In this document: positions 8,774 through 17,168 of the stretch, piece after piece
Numbering within the stretch: position 1 is the stretch's first letter
Layout: each line of letters begins with the position of its first letter
Virus record (IMG/VR): IMGVR_UViG_3300037067_002734
Span: 29,886 to 93,885 of that record
DNA from: a virus
Taxonomy: Duplodnaviria; Caudoviricetes
Reading direction: 5' to 3' (one strand)
DNA: 64,000 nucleotides
Program-made: the position numbers and the translations under genes
Notes under the pieces: generated by a model
Databases searched by the model: none
What the model was told of the DNA's origin: nothing
The model's input: the letters and a program-made list of their open reading frames with translations, nothing else

Positions 8774-10698
8774 CATATATTGCCCTTCACTGCCATTCTG
8801 CATTCAGTATTTTAGATGGCCTTTCAAAATGTAAGGATATAGCAAAAAGATGTGTTGAACTGAACTTATCAGCTTGTGCTTTAACTGACCACGGAAATAT
8901 TTGTGGTGCTATTAAGTTTTCAGAAGAATTAAAAAAGAAGGGTATAAAACCTATTTTGGGTTGTGAATTATATATTTGCGAACACCACTCCTCAATTCAA
9001 TCTGATGCCAATTCTGATTTACAACATTTAGTAGTATTAGCAAAAAATCTTACTGGATATAAAGATTTATTGAAAATTATTTCTAAATCCAATTCAAAAG
9101 ATTCTTTCTATAAAAAACCACGACTTTCATTACAAGAATTGAAAGAATTAAATAGTGGTAATCTAATAGGAATTAGTGGGCATTTAGGTTCACATATGTC
9201 CACCTGCATGTTCGATAATATTAAAGATGTGGCTAATTTAAAGGATTTATCAGAAATTAGATTACATCTAAAAAAACCAATTGACCAAATATTAACTGAA
9301 CAAGCCAACATATTAATTGATATTTTTGGAAAAGATAACTTCTTTTTAGAAATTCAATTAATCGATCAAGATAATCTTCCTATTAATAAGGTTATAGCTG
9401 CTGGGCTCCGCTATATTGGTAAAAAATTAAATATTCCTAGAGTAGCAACTCCCGATGCCCACTACTGTAAAAAAGAAGATGCTATAGACCAAAGATTATT
9501 ATTATGTAATAATTTTCGTACCACAATCACAGAAGTATATTCTAAAATAAAGTCTGGAGAAAAAACTCCCCTAACCTCCTTTTTTAATTCTTCAAATTAT
9601 CATATTCCATCTTTTGAAGAGATAAGTTTAGTTAATACAAAAGATGAAATTGAAAATACTTTAAAGATTGGGGAGATGTGCGAAGAATACGATATTACTT
9701 TACCCCCAAGTATTCCATTATTCAAGAAAACTAATGGACTTAGTGCTATAGAATATTTAAGACAGGAAATAAAAAGGGGATTTGAAAATAAAAAATCTAA
9801 AATAGAAGAAGTATGCAAAAGAAAAAATCTTACTATTGATGATTATCGCAAAAGATATAAATATGAAGAATCTATTATTATTAATGCTGAAAATAATCTA
9901 GAACATTATTTTTTAATTGTGCAAGATATTGTTAAATTTGCTAAAAATAGTGGACAAATGGTAGGTTGTGGCAGAGGTAGTGCTGGGGGATGTTTATTAT
10001 CTTATTTATTAGATATAACAGATGTTGATCCCCTCGAATACAATTTATTATTTGAAAGATTTTATAATAGTAGTAGAAAAAAATCTTTACCAGATATTGA
10101 TGTTGATTTTGAAGCTGGCAAACGCAACTTAATTATTGATTATATTAAACAAACATATGGAGAAGATTATGTAATTAGAATTGCAACATTTGGACAAATG
10201 AAGTGTAAAGTAGCTCTTAAAGATGTCCTTCGTAATAACAATATTGATTTTAATATAGCTAACGAAATAACCAAGCATCTTGTAGATGAAGCTAAAATAT
10301 CAGATCAATTACAAGAAATACATGATGAAGGAGATGATGATTACACCGCATTAGATTGGAATGTTGATTATAATGATAAAATTAAACCTTATTGTTATAG
10401 AAATGATGATGGAACATTAGGAGGTGATTATGCTCAACATTTTGAACAAGCAATACGACTAAATGAATGTATTAGAAATGTTGGTGTTCATTCGTGTGGT
10501 GTTGCAATATCAAATATTCCAATCAAAGAAGTATGTCCAATGATTAGAGCTAAAGATGGGAATTTAGTTGCTGGATATGGCAAAGATATAGAACAAGTGT
10601 CTCTTGTAAAAATGGATATTTTATCATTAAATACCTTAGATAAATTACATATTGTCACAGATTTAATTAATGAAAGAGAAAAAAATGAAACTATATAA
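8770..10698 (+). CDS. dnaE: DNA polymerase III alpha, N-terminal subunit (PHP + palm/thumb)
   Basis: LHCHSAFSILDG, ALTDHG, KPILGCE, TPDAHY, GRGSAGG, FERF, PDIDVDF, HSCGV and KMDILSL; ends right after the third catalytic Asp motif. Confidence 0.95.
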   Translation: MTYIALHCHSAFSILDGLSKCKDIAKRCVELNLSACALTDHGNICGAIKFSEELKKKGIKPILGCELYICEHHSSIQSDANSDLQHLVVLAKNLTGYKDLLKIISKSNSKDSFYKKPRLSLQELKELNSGNLIGISGHLGSHMSTCMFDNIKDVANLKDLSEIRLHLKKPIDQILTEQANILIDIFGKDNFFLEIQLIDQDNLPINKVIAAGLRYIGKKLNIPRVATPDAHYCKKEDAIDQRLLLCNNFRTTITEVYSKIKSGEKTPLTSFFNSSNYHIPSFEEISLVNTKDEIENTLKIGEMCEEYDITLPPSIPLFKKTNGLSAIEYLRQEIKRGFENKKSKIEEVCKRKNLTIDDYRKRYKYEESIIINAENNLEHYFLIVQDIVKFAKNSGQMVGCGRGSAGGCLLSYLLDITDVDPLEYNLLFERFYNSSRKKSLPDIDVDFEAGKRNLIIDYIKQTYGEDYVIRIATFGQMKCKVALKDVLRNNNIDFNIANEITKHLVDEAKISDQLQEIHDEGDDDYTALDWNVDYNDKIKPYCYRNDDGTLGGDYAQHFEQAIRLNECIRNVGVHSCGVAISNIPIKEVCPMIRAKDGNLVAGYGKDIEQVSLVKMDILSLNTLDKLHIVTDLINEREKNETI

Positions 10699-10870
10699 AA
10701 GTATTATACAGAATATAATATCAAATAATTTTGATGAGATTTATTTACCAGATACAACAAAAGAAGGTGATAAAATCATTATTAAAAAACCTGATTCATC
10801 ACAAGTATTTAATGTTAGGGCTATATTAGCAGATGAAAGTGTGATTGTGGGAGAAGATAATGAACAATAA
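10685..10870 (+). CDS. small hypothetical protein
   Basis: ORF overlapping both neighbours. Confidence 0.6.
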   Translation: MKLYKSIIQNIISNNFDEIYLPDTTKEGDKIIIKKPDSSQVFNVRAILADESVIVGEDNEQ

Positions 10871-11513
10871 TTATTTATGTGTATATGATTTTGAGACATC
10901 TTCTCCTAAACCATTATCTACCCAAATCTTACAAATTGGTGCTGCAATAATACACCCCAAATCATTTGATATAGTAGCTGAATTTAATGCAGTAGCTAAA
11001 TATGAAAATTGGGATCAAGTTGAATCTAAAGCATTAGAAGTTAATCATTTAACTAAGGAACAATTAGATAAAGCCCCTGATATTAAAATAGTATTCGCAG
11101 ATTTTGTTAGTTTTGTGCAAAAATATAATATTGGAAATAATAGTTGGGGATATCCTATTCCATGTGGTCAAAATATAGGAAACTTTGATAGTATAATATT
11201 AGATAGATATTGTCAAAGGTTTAAGGTATGGAATAATAAAGAAGAGCGAAATAAGTTATTTCATCCATTTTTATCAATAGATACTGCATGTTTATTCTTT
11301 GGATGGTTCGAAAATGAAAAAGAACCTAGAACATTAGGACAAGTTGCGGTAGCAAAACATTTAGGTATAACAGAAGAACAATTAAACAAAGCCCACAATG
11401 CCATTGAAGATGTAAGAATAAATGCCCAAATATTAATTAGATTTCTCAAATTCCAGCGTAATATAATGAATAGTTATAGGGATAAAATTAAAGGATGTTT
11501 TAATGATTCATAA
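10860..11513 (+). CDS. DEDDh 3'-5' exonuclease (DnaQ/epsilon-like)
   Basis: ExoI VYDFETS, ExoII GQNIGNFD, IDT, ExoIII AHNAIEDV. Confidence 0.9.
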   Translation: MNNNYLCVYDFETSSPKPLSTQILQIGAAIIHPKSFDIVAEFNAVAKYENWDQVESKALEVNHLTKEQLDKAPDIKIVFADFVSFVQKYNIGNNSWGYPIPCGQNIGNFDSIILDRYCQRFKVWNNKEERNKLFHPFLSIDTACLFFGWFENEKEPRTLGQVAVAKHLGITEEQLNKAHNAIEDVRINAQILIRFLKFQRNIMNSYRDKIKGCFNDS

Positions 11514-11880
11514 AGCAATATGTAAAAATTGTAAATTTTGGCAAAGACGCACTCTATATAAATATGTATATAAACATGAGATTGAGTGGGAAGATAGACC
11601 AAACAAACATCATCATAGAAATAAAAAACCAATTATTCAAGAGAGTAAGTTTGGAGATTGTTCTTGCGATAAGATTATTTATACAAGTGGCGGTGGATGT
11701 GTAGAAGATGATGATGTAGATAACGAAAATCAACCAGATGCCTTTCTTTATAGTGATGGAGAAGCGTATGGAGCATATTGTTATACTGGGGAACAATTTG
11801 GATGTATACATTTTTGTATAAAACCAGATATAAAACAAGAAAAGAAATATAAAATTATAGAAGATTATAATGGACAATAA
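11503..11880 (+). CDS. Cys-rich hypothetical protein
   Basis: CKNCKFW...GDC...FGCIHF. Confidence 0.7.
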   Translation: MIHKAICKNCKFWQRRTLYKYVYKHEIEWEDRPNKHHHRNKKPIIQESKFGDCSCDKIIYTSGGGCVEDDDVDNENQPDAFLYSDGEAYGAYCYTGEQFGCIHFCIKPDIKQEKKYKIIEDYNGQ

Positions 11881-12082
11881 AGAAAAAATTACAGAAGATA
11901 TAAAACTCAATGGAACACTATTAATTGCTTACTGGTGGGAAGATGATTATTTATATTTAGAAACAGAAGATGGTAAAATTACAAGAATGTATAATCCATA
12001 TATTTCTAATATAACATATGAAGGATTAGATTACGATAATAAAGAAAGTATAGCAATTGTAGGTAATAATAAGATATGGTAA
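11870..12082 (+). CDS. small hypothetical protein
   Basis: overlap-coupled 70-aa ORF. Confidence 0.6.
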   Translation: MDNKEKITEDIKLNGTLLIAYWWEDDYLYLETEDGKITRMYNPYISNITYEGLDYDNKESIAIVGNNKIW

Positions 12083-12318
12083 TGAATGATAAAATAAAAG
12101 CCCCGCCTCCTGGGGATATAATTGGTCATTTTATCGAAACTGGGAAAATAACACAAGAGGAATATGAAAAAGAATTTATTGAGGAATGGAATAAAATTTT
12201 TCCAAATGGTATCGATAATGCTATAGATAAAATGTATAATATGTTGAAACAATCTGGACATTTTGAACACTTTCAAGAAGTTGCAAAAAGGACATTAAGG
12301 ATTATGTATAATGAATGA
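12076..12318 (+). CDS. small hypothetical protein
   Basis: overlap-coupled 80-aa ORF. Confidence 0.6.
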   Translation: MVMNDKIKAPPPGDIIGHFIETGKITQEEYEKEFIEEWNKIFPNGIDNAIDKMYNMLKQSGHFEHFQEVAKRTLRIMYNE

Positions 12319-12517
12319 TGAATATTTAGAAATCAGTAAAGATTTTAGAATACTTAGAAAATATGGTATAAAAGAAGTTAATTTAGATAGATACAGAGTA
12401 AAACATATATTGGATATATATAGAGATGCTTATGGTTATCTTGTTAGTGACAATGTTCCCTATATAAATGAAATAGACCACATATTTATTTATGGAGTTA
12501 AAGTTACATGGGAATAG
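12311..12517 (+). CDS. small hypothetical protein
   Basis: overlap-coupled 68-aa ORF. Confidence 0.6.
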   Translation: MNDEYLEISKDFRILRKYGIKEVNLDRYRVKHILDIYRDAYGYLVSDNVPYINEIDHIFIYGVKVTWE

Positions 12518-12831
12518 AATATACAAATCCAAAACAAAAATACATTGACGAATTAAGAGAAATATCAGATTGTCCCCCAGATTGTTCATTAAGAGAATGG
12601 TTAAAAATATTAGCTAATTTTTTTGATAAATATGAAGGTGGACAAAAAATATATTTGTTGGAACAAGAATTACAAAATTATAAAGAATATGTTGGTGATA
12701 GCATATATCAAAGTGATTATAAATCCGTGGACGACATGAGAAAAACTATTGATGTATTACAAAAAGAAATAGATCAATTATTAAAATATATAAATATAAT
12801 AATGAAGGAAAAAATTTATGAAATATTATGA
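12508..12831 (+). CDS. hypothetical coiled-coil protein
   Basis: 107-aa ORF, GGAG SD upstream. Confidence 0.6.
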   Translation: MGIEYTNPKQKYIDELREISDCPPDCSLREWLKILANFFDKYEGGQKIYLLEQELQNYKEYVGDSIYQSDYKSVDDMRKTIDVLQKEIDQLLKYINIIMKEKIYEIL

Positions 12832-13006
12832 TGATATAGTAGTAAAAATGTTAGGTTTAGGACAATTTGACATAATTCCATATGAGTTGTTAGACAAACT
12901 TGAAAAAATAAACGATTTATGTGAAAAGGCTGGAGGGATGCTTGCTAGTAGACAAACTATTGCTATTATTGTGAATGATTATTTAGAAAAACATAAAGGA
13001 GAGTAA
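12818..13006 (+). CDS. small hypothetical protein
   Basis: 62-aa ORF, AAGGA SD. Confidence 0.6.
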   Translation: MKYYDDIVVKMLGLGQFDIIPYELLDKLEKINDLCEKAGGMLASRQTIAIIVNDYLEKHKGE

Positions 13007-13007
13007 A

Positions 13008-13154
13008 ATGGGAGAATTTGCAGACGATTTCTTAGATGATGTTATAGATTATGAAGATTATAGATGGCAATATAGACACGGGCAAATAAGTGATGAAGAT
13101 GCGTATGATATGGGTCTTATTGATGAAGATGGTTACGAATTAGATGGGGAATAA
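13008..13154 (+). CDS. small highly acidic protein (48 aa, not in ORF track)
   Basis: AAGGAGAG SD; MGEFADDFLDDVIDYEDYRWQYRHGQISDEDAYDMGLIDEDGYELDGE*. Confidence 0.7.
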   Translation: MGEFADDFLDDVIDYEDYRWQYRHGQISDEDAYDMGLIDEDGYELDGE

Positions 13155-13454
13155 ATGATAAAATACGAAATTAAAAAGGGAAAGATATATGTTGGGGAAT
13201 CAATTTTACCAATCCAAACAATTATGGATAAATTAAACATATTTGAAGAAATTATACAAACATGTACAAAACATAATATTAAGGAGTTGGGGGGAGATTT
13301 GAGATTATTGGCTGATTTTTTCGATAAAAAAGATGATGAGGATGAATTGCCACATAGTACAGAAGTACAAGATTCTTTGCATAAAAGTGCTAACATTTTT
13401 AGTTTTTTAGGGCAAAAGATAATAGAAAAGATAGATAAAAATGAAAAAATATAA
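13155..13454 (+). CDS. hypothetical protein
   Basis: 99-aa ORF, GGGGA SD. Confidence 0.65.
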   Translation: MIKYEIKKGKIYVGESILPIQTIMDKLNIFEEIIQTCTKHNIKELGGDLRLLADFFDKKDDEDELPHSTEVQDSLHKSANIFSFLGQKIIEKIDKNEKI

Positions 13455-13845
13455 ATTAATTATAGCTGGATCTCGTTCTATTAACAAGATGGATATTTTA
13501 GAAAAAGCTATTGCTTATTTCAAGATAAATCCAGAAGAAATAAAAGAAGTTGTATCAGGATGTGCATATGGAATTGACACACTAGGAAAATGGTGGGCTG
13601 AAAAAAATAATATTAAAGTGAAGGAATTTCCAGCAAAATGGGATGATTTAGAAACTCCACCATTATTTATTAAAGAAAATAATAGAGGAAAATATAATGC
13701 TTTAGCGGGTATTGTAAGAAATAGACAAATGGGTGATTATGCAGATAGATTATTATGTATTTGGAATGGGGAAAGTAAGGGATCTGAAAATATGATTAAT
13801 TATATGAAAGAATTAAAAAAGGAAGTTATGGTGTATGAGATATGA
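13441..13845 (+). CDS. SLOG/YspA-like (DUF2493-type) nucleotide-binding protein
   Basis: IIAGSR, VVSGCAYGID, AGIVRNRQMGDYAD, WNGESKGS. Confidence 0.85.
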   Translation: MKKYKLIIAGSRSINKMDILEKAIAYFKINPEEIKEVVSGCAYGIDTLGKWWAEKNNIKVKEFPAKWDDLETPPLFIKENNRGKYNALAGIVRNRQMGDYADRLLCIWNGESKGSENMINYMKELKKEVMVYEI

Positions 13846-13993
13846 AATAGATGATGAAGATTTATATTGTCCAATCTGTGGTCGTATATTTGATGTTGTA
13901 TTAGATCATAACAATATATGTAATTTAGATCATGGTCCATATGATAGAGAAGAATTGATTAGAGAAGATGAAGATTATGAGTGGGTTTTTTAA
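13835..13993 (+). CDS. small acidic zinc-ribbon protein (52 aa, not in ORF track)
   Basis: MRYEIDDEDLYCPICGRIFDVVLDHNNICNLDHG...EWVF*. Confidence 0.6.
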   Translation: MRYEIDDEDLYCPICGRIFDVVLDHNNICNLDHGPYDREELIREDEDYEWVF

Positions 13994-13994
13994 T

Positions 13995-14243
13995 ATGAAT
14001 AAATATCAATTAGCATCAATTTTACTATCATATGAAATAGATGAACCCCATTTTGGAGAAAAATGGAATTATAGTCCATTTTTACCATCTCAAATACAAG
14101 ATTGGGAAAAAGAAGAGCATTGTGGAGATTGTACTCACGAACCTCAACCGTGTACTAAATGTTTGATTGATGAATTATTATATAAAGCAGAATGGTTAAT
14201 AAATCATTTAGAACAAATGGGATATAAAATAAATAATGTTTAA
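13995..14243 (+). CDS. small Cys-containing hypothetical protein
   Basis: HCGDCTHEPQPCTKC. Confidence 0.65.
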   Translation: MNKYQLASILLSYEIDEPHFGEKWNYSPFLPSQIQDWEKEEHCGDCTHEPQPCTKCLIDELLYKAEWLINHLEQMGYKINNV

Positions 14244-15807
14244 TATAGATAATATTCCTTTAAATGATATTGAAGTATATAAGAATATTTATCACAAAGG
14301 AAATTGTTTTGGTATTTTTCAATGTGATTCTAGTATTGGCATTAGAACATGCAAAAGATTTCAACCGTCAAATATTTTAGAAATTTCTCTTGTAATATCT
14401 ATAGTAAGACCAGGAGTATTGCGTTTTTATGTTGGTGATAAATCTATGACAGATATTATAATAGAGCGTAAACATGGAATAGAAAAAATAGAGTATTTAC
14501 ATCCAGCACTTGAGCCAATATTAAAATCTACATATGGAGTAATAGTTTATCAAGAACAAGCAATACAAATAGCACAACAAATAGCAGGTTTTACACCACT
14601 AGAAGCTGATAATCTAAGGCGAGCAATAGGAAAAAAATTATCACATTTAATGTCACAAATTGAAAATCAATTTATTGAAGGATGTATAAAAACAAATGTA
14701 GTAAATTTAGAAATAGCTAAACAATTATTTGATAATATTAAAGCTAGTCAAAGATATTCTTTCAACTTGAGTCACGGAGTATCTTATAGTATTAATTCAT
14801 ATAAAACAGCATATTGCAAACATTATTATCCATTAGATTTTTTTACTGGATGTTTAAAAACTGCAAATACACATCAAAAACCATTAGAATATGTAAAGCA
14901 GTGTGTATTAGATAGTCGCAATAACAATATAGATATTGTAGTACCAGATATTAGAGATAAACAAATAGACCCTTATATTAAAAATAATAAATATGTAAGT
15001 TTTGGACTATCAAATATCAAGGGTATTGGAGAGGCGGCAATTAGAGGATTATTTTTAACCCTAGAAACAATAGAAAAATCATTAGATCAATTTAAATGGG
15101 TTGACTTTTTATTCTTATTATCTGGAAAGATTAGTTCTGACGTTCTTGAAGGATTAATTTATAGCGGAGCCCTAGATTATTTTAAGAAAACTCGCTCTGC
15201 TATGTTTTTTGAATTAGAAAAATGGCATATGCTAACTAAAGGAGAAAAAGCGTGGATAATAAAGCATCACTCTACCTCTCCTTTTAATTCATTATTAGAT
15301 GCCGTTGCTTGTGTGGCGGCTACAAAAAAGAACGGTGGTGGATGTCATACACAGAAAAAAGCTGATTTTTGCCTTGGTTTAGCGGAAAGTATTAAAAATC
15401 CTACAATTAATATAAATGATAGTCCATATTTTATTAGTATGATGGAGGAAAAATACTTAGGATGCGGTATTTCATGTGTAAAACACGATGGAACATCTCT
15501 TAATGAATTAGCTAATTATACTTGTGAACAAATTAATAAGGGTTGTGGATCAACCAATATTAGTTTAGCAATAGAAATTGTTAGATTTAAAGAACATAAA
15601 ATTAAAAAGGGAAATAGTTCTGGTAAATATATGGCGTTTTTAGATGTTTTTGATAAAAGTGGACTACTTTCAGAATCTGTGGTTGTATTTGCTGAAAAAT
15701 GGGAAGAAATAAGAGATCAATTTGATGAAAAAGGAGCATATTTTATAGTATGTAATAGATCAAAGAAAAATTCATTAATTGTTGAAAATATTCAAAAAAT
15801 TTGTTAA
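14236..15807 (+). CDS. dnaE: DNA polymerase III alpha, C-terminal subunit (fingers, HhH, OB)
   Basis: IPLND..GIFQCDS, SIVRPG, LKSTYGVIVYQEQ, ADNLRRAIGKK, YSFNLSHGVSY, FGLSNIKGIG, GKYMAFLDVFD OB fold. Confidence 0.95.
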   Translation: MFNIDNIPLNDIEVYKNIYHKGNCFGIFQCDSSIGIRTCKRFQPSNILEISLVISIVRPGVLRFYVGDKSMTDIIIERKHGIEKIEYLHPALEPILKSTYGVIVYQEQAIQIAQQIAGFTPLEADNLRRAIGKKLSHLMSQIENQFIEGCIKTNVVNLEIAKQLFDNIKASQRYSFNLSHGVSYSINSYKTAYCKHYYPLDFFTGCLKTANTHQKPLEYVKQCVLDSRNNNIDIVVPDIRDKQIDPYIKNNKYVSFGLSNIKGIGEAAIRGLFLTLETIEKSLDQFKWVDFLFLLSGKISSDVLEGLIYSGALDYFKKTRSAMFFELEKWHMLTKGEKAWIIKHHSTSPFNSLLDAVACVAATKKNGGGCHTQKKADFCLGLAESIKNPTININDSPYFISMMEEKYLGCGISCVKHDGTSLNELANYTCEQINKGCGSTNISLAIEIVRFKEHKIKKGNSSGKYMAFLDVFDKSGLLSESVVVFAEKWEEIRDQFDEKGAYFIVCNRSKKNSLIVENIQKIC

Positions 15808-15813
15808 AAGAGG

Positions 15814-15842
15814 TTGACAAAAAGTGATTTATGATATATTAT
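15814..15842 (+). promoter_or_regulatory. sigma70-type promoter
   Basis: TTGACA (15814-15819), 17 nt, TATTAT (15837-15842) in an intergenic gap; same arrangement at 45027. Confidence 0.75.
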
Positions 15843-15876
15843 ATAAAGACAGATCATTATATTATAAATCAAACAA

Positions 15877-16353
15877 ATGAATATACAAAATTTACTAAAA
15901 AATGTTGGTTATCAAGTGGAAGTAATGCTTACTCCAGACGAATGGATAGCTACTTTTCCAGAAAGATTTGAGGACGAATATAGTCCAGATTTGGAGGTTT
16001 CATACAATATTGAAGAATTAATTCAAAATAATATACCAAAATATTGTGTTTGTTATTATATATTAGCCCATATTATTAAACACTGCAAAAAGATTCATTA
16101 TGCCATTAATTTAATAAGATATTATGATGAAGATGACAATACTATATGTGAAGAAAATGTTGCTCATCATATGATTGATACACTAAAGGAAGATGAAAAA
16201 AATAGACTTATATTATTAAGTGATTTTATTGCAGATGTTGCAGTACAAGGACTAACCAAAGAATTAATTAAAAAAACTAAAAAAAGTGGAGTGTATAAAG
16301 ATTTTATTCTAATTTATAGTATTGTAAAAGGAGAAGTCGATGAACGAGTATAG
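15877..16353 (+). CDS. hypothetical protein
   Basis: 158-aa ORF directly after the promoter. Confidence 0.7.
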   Translation: MNIQNLLKNVGYQVEVMLTPDEWIATFPERFEDEYSPDLEVSYNIEELIQNNIPKYCVCYYILAHIIKHCKKIHYAINLIRYYDEDDNTICEENVAHHMIDTLKEDEKNRLILLSDFIADVAVQGLTKELIKKTKKSGVYKDFILIYSIVKGEVDERV

Positions 16354-16741
16354 ATGTATTGGTCGTTTTGTTTCAGATCCATATTTATCTAGTATTACTA
16401 AAACTGATGGTGGAGAAACTTATTTAACAAAGTTTAAACTAGCAGTAATAGATAAATTTAAGAAAAATAATAGTGAAGAATTAACTAAGAGGGTAGCTTA
16501 TATACCTTTTGAGGCTTATGATAGTGGAGCTAAGGTTATATGTGCTAATTATAAAAAGGGTGACCCTATCCTAATATATGCTTTAGTTAAGACATATAGA
16601 GATAAAATAGATTTATCTAAAGATAATGTAATATTTAGAGTAAATCATTTTGAACCATTACCATATCCAAAATCATCTCTTAATAATGAGAATGATGAAG
16701 AGCCCGAATGGATAAACAATAACGATAGTAATGTTACATAA
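16340..16741 (+). CDS. ssb: single-stranded DNA-binding protein (OB fold)
   Basis: MNEYRCIGRFVSDP, FKLAV, YIPFEAYDSGAKVICANYKKGDPILI, acidic tail. Confidence 0.82.
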   Translation: MNEYRCIGRFVSDPYLSSITKTDGGETYLTKFKLAVIDKFKKNNSEELTKRVAYIPFEAYDSGAKVICANYKKGDPILIYALVKTYRDKIDLSKDNVIFRVNHFEPLPYPKSSLNNENDEEPEWINNNDSNVT

Positions 16742-17168
16742 TGAGAATGAACTTATAAGTAACTATACAAGTTTAGCGAAAGCGTGCGTGTCTAAATATA
16801 TCAAAAATAACTGTTATGAAGATCTATTACAAGAAGCATTTATAGCACTAATTTTAGCATATAGATCATATAAAGACACGCATAGCTGTTCGTTTACTAC
16901 ATGGGCATATATTTGTATTAACAATAGATTAAAGAAAATAGAATATACAAAAAACTATAATATTGATCAAGATATAATAAATAAAGAATATATTAATATT
17001 GAAGATGTATTACCACAAACTCTTAACGATATTGAAAGAGAAATAATTTATTTAAGATTATATAATTATAGTTTTGTAGAAATTGCTGATTTATATAATA
17101 TCAAATTAAATACAATTAAAAGTAAATATAGACGGACAATAGAAAAGATTAGGAAGGCTAATGTATAA
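16731..17168 (+). CDS. phage RNA polymerase sigma factor (sigma70/ECF-like, regions 2 and 4)
   Basis: EDLLQEAFIALILA..Y..SFTTWAY..I.NRL; LNDIEREIIYLR..YSFVEIA..TIKSKYRR. Confidence 0.88.
   Translation: MLHNENELISNYTSLAKACVSKYIKNNCYEDLLQEAFIALILAYRSYKDTHSCSFTTWAYICINNRLKKIEYTKNYNIDQDIINKEYINIEDVLPQTLNDIEREIIYLRLYNYSFVEIADLYNIKLNTIKSKYRRTIEKIRKANV

Noticed and set aside
10600-14300. Split intein or group I/II intron joining the dnaE halves
   Set aside because: No intein N-terminal (C/S-start block) or C-terminal HN motifs at the ends, and the interval is filled with ordinary coupled ORFs with no intron-like non-coding core.
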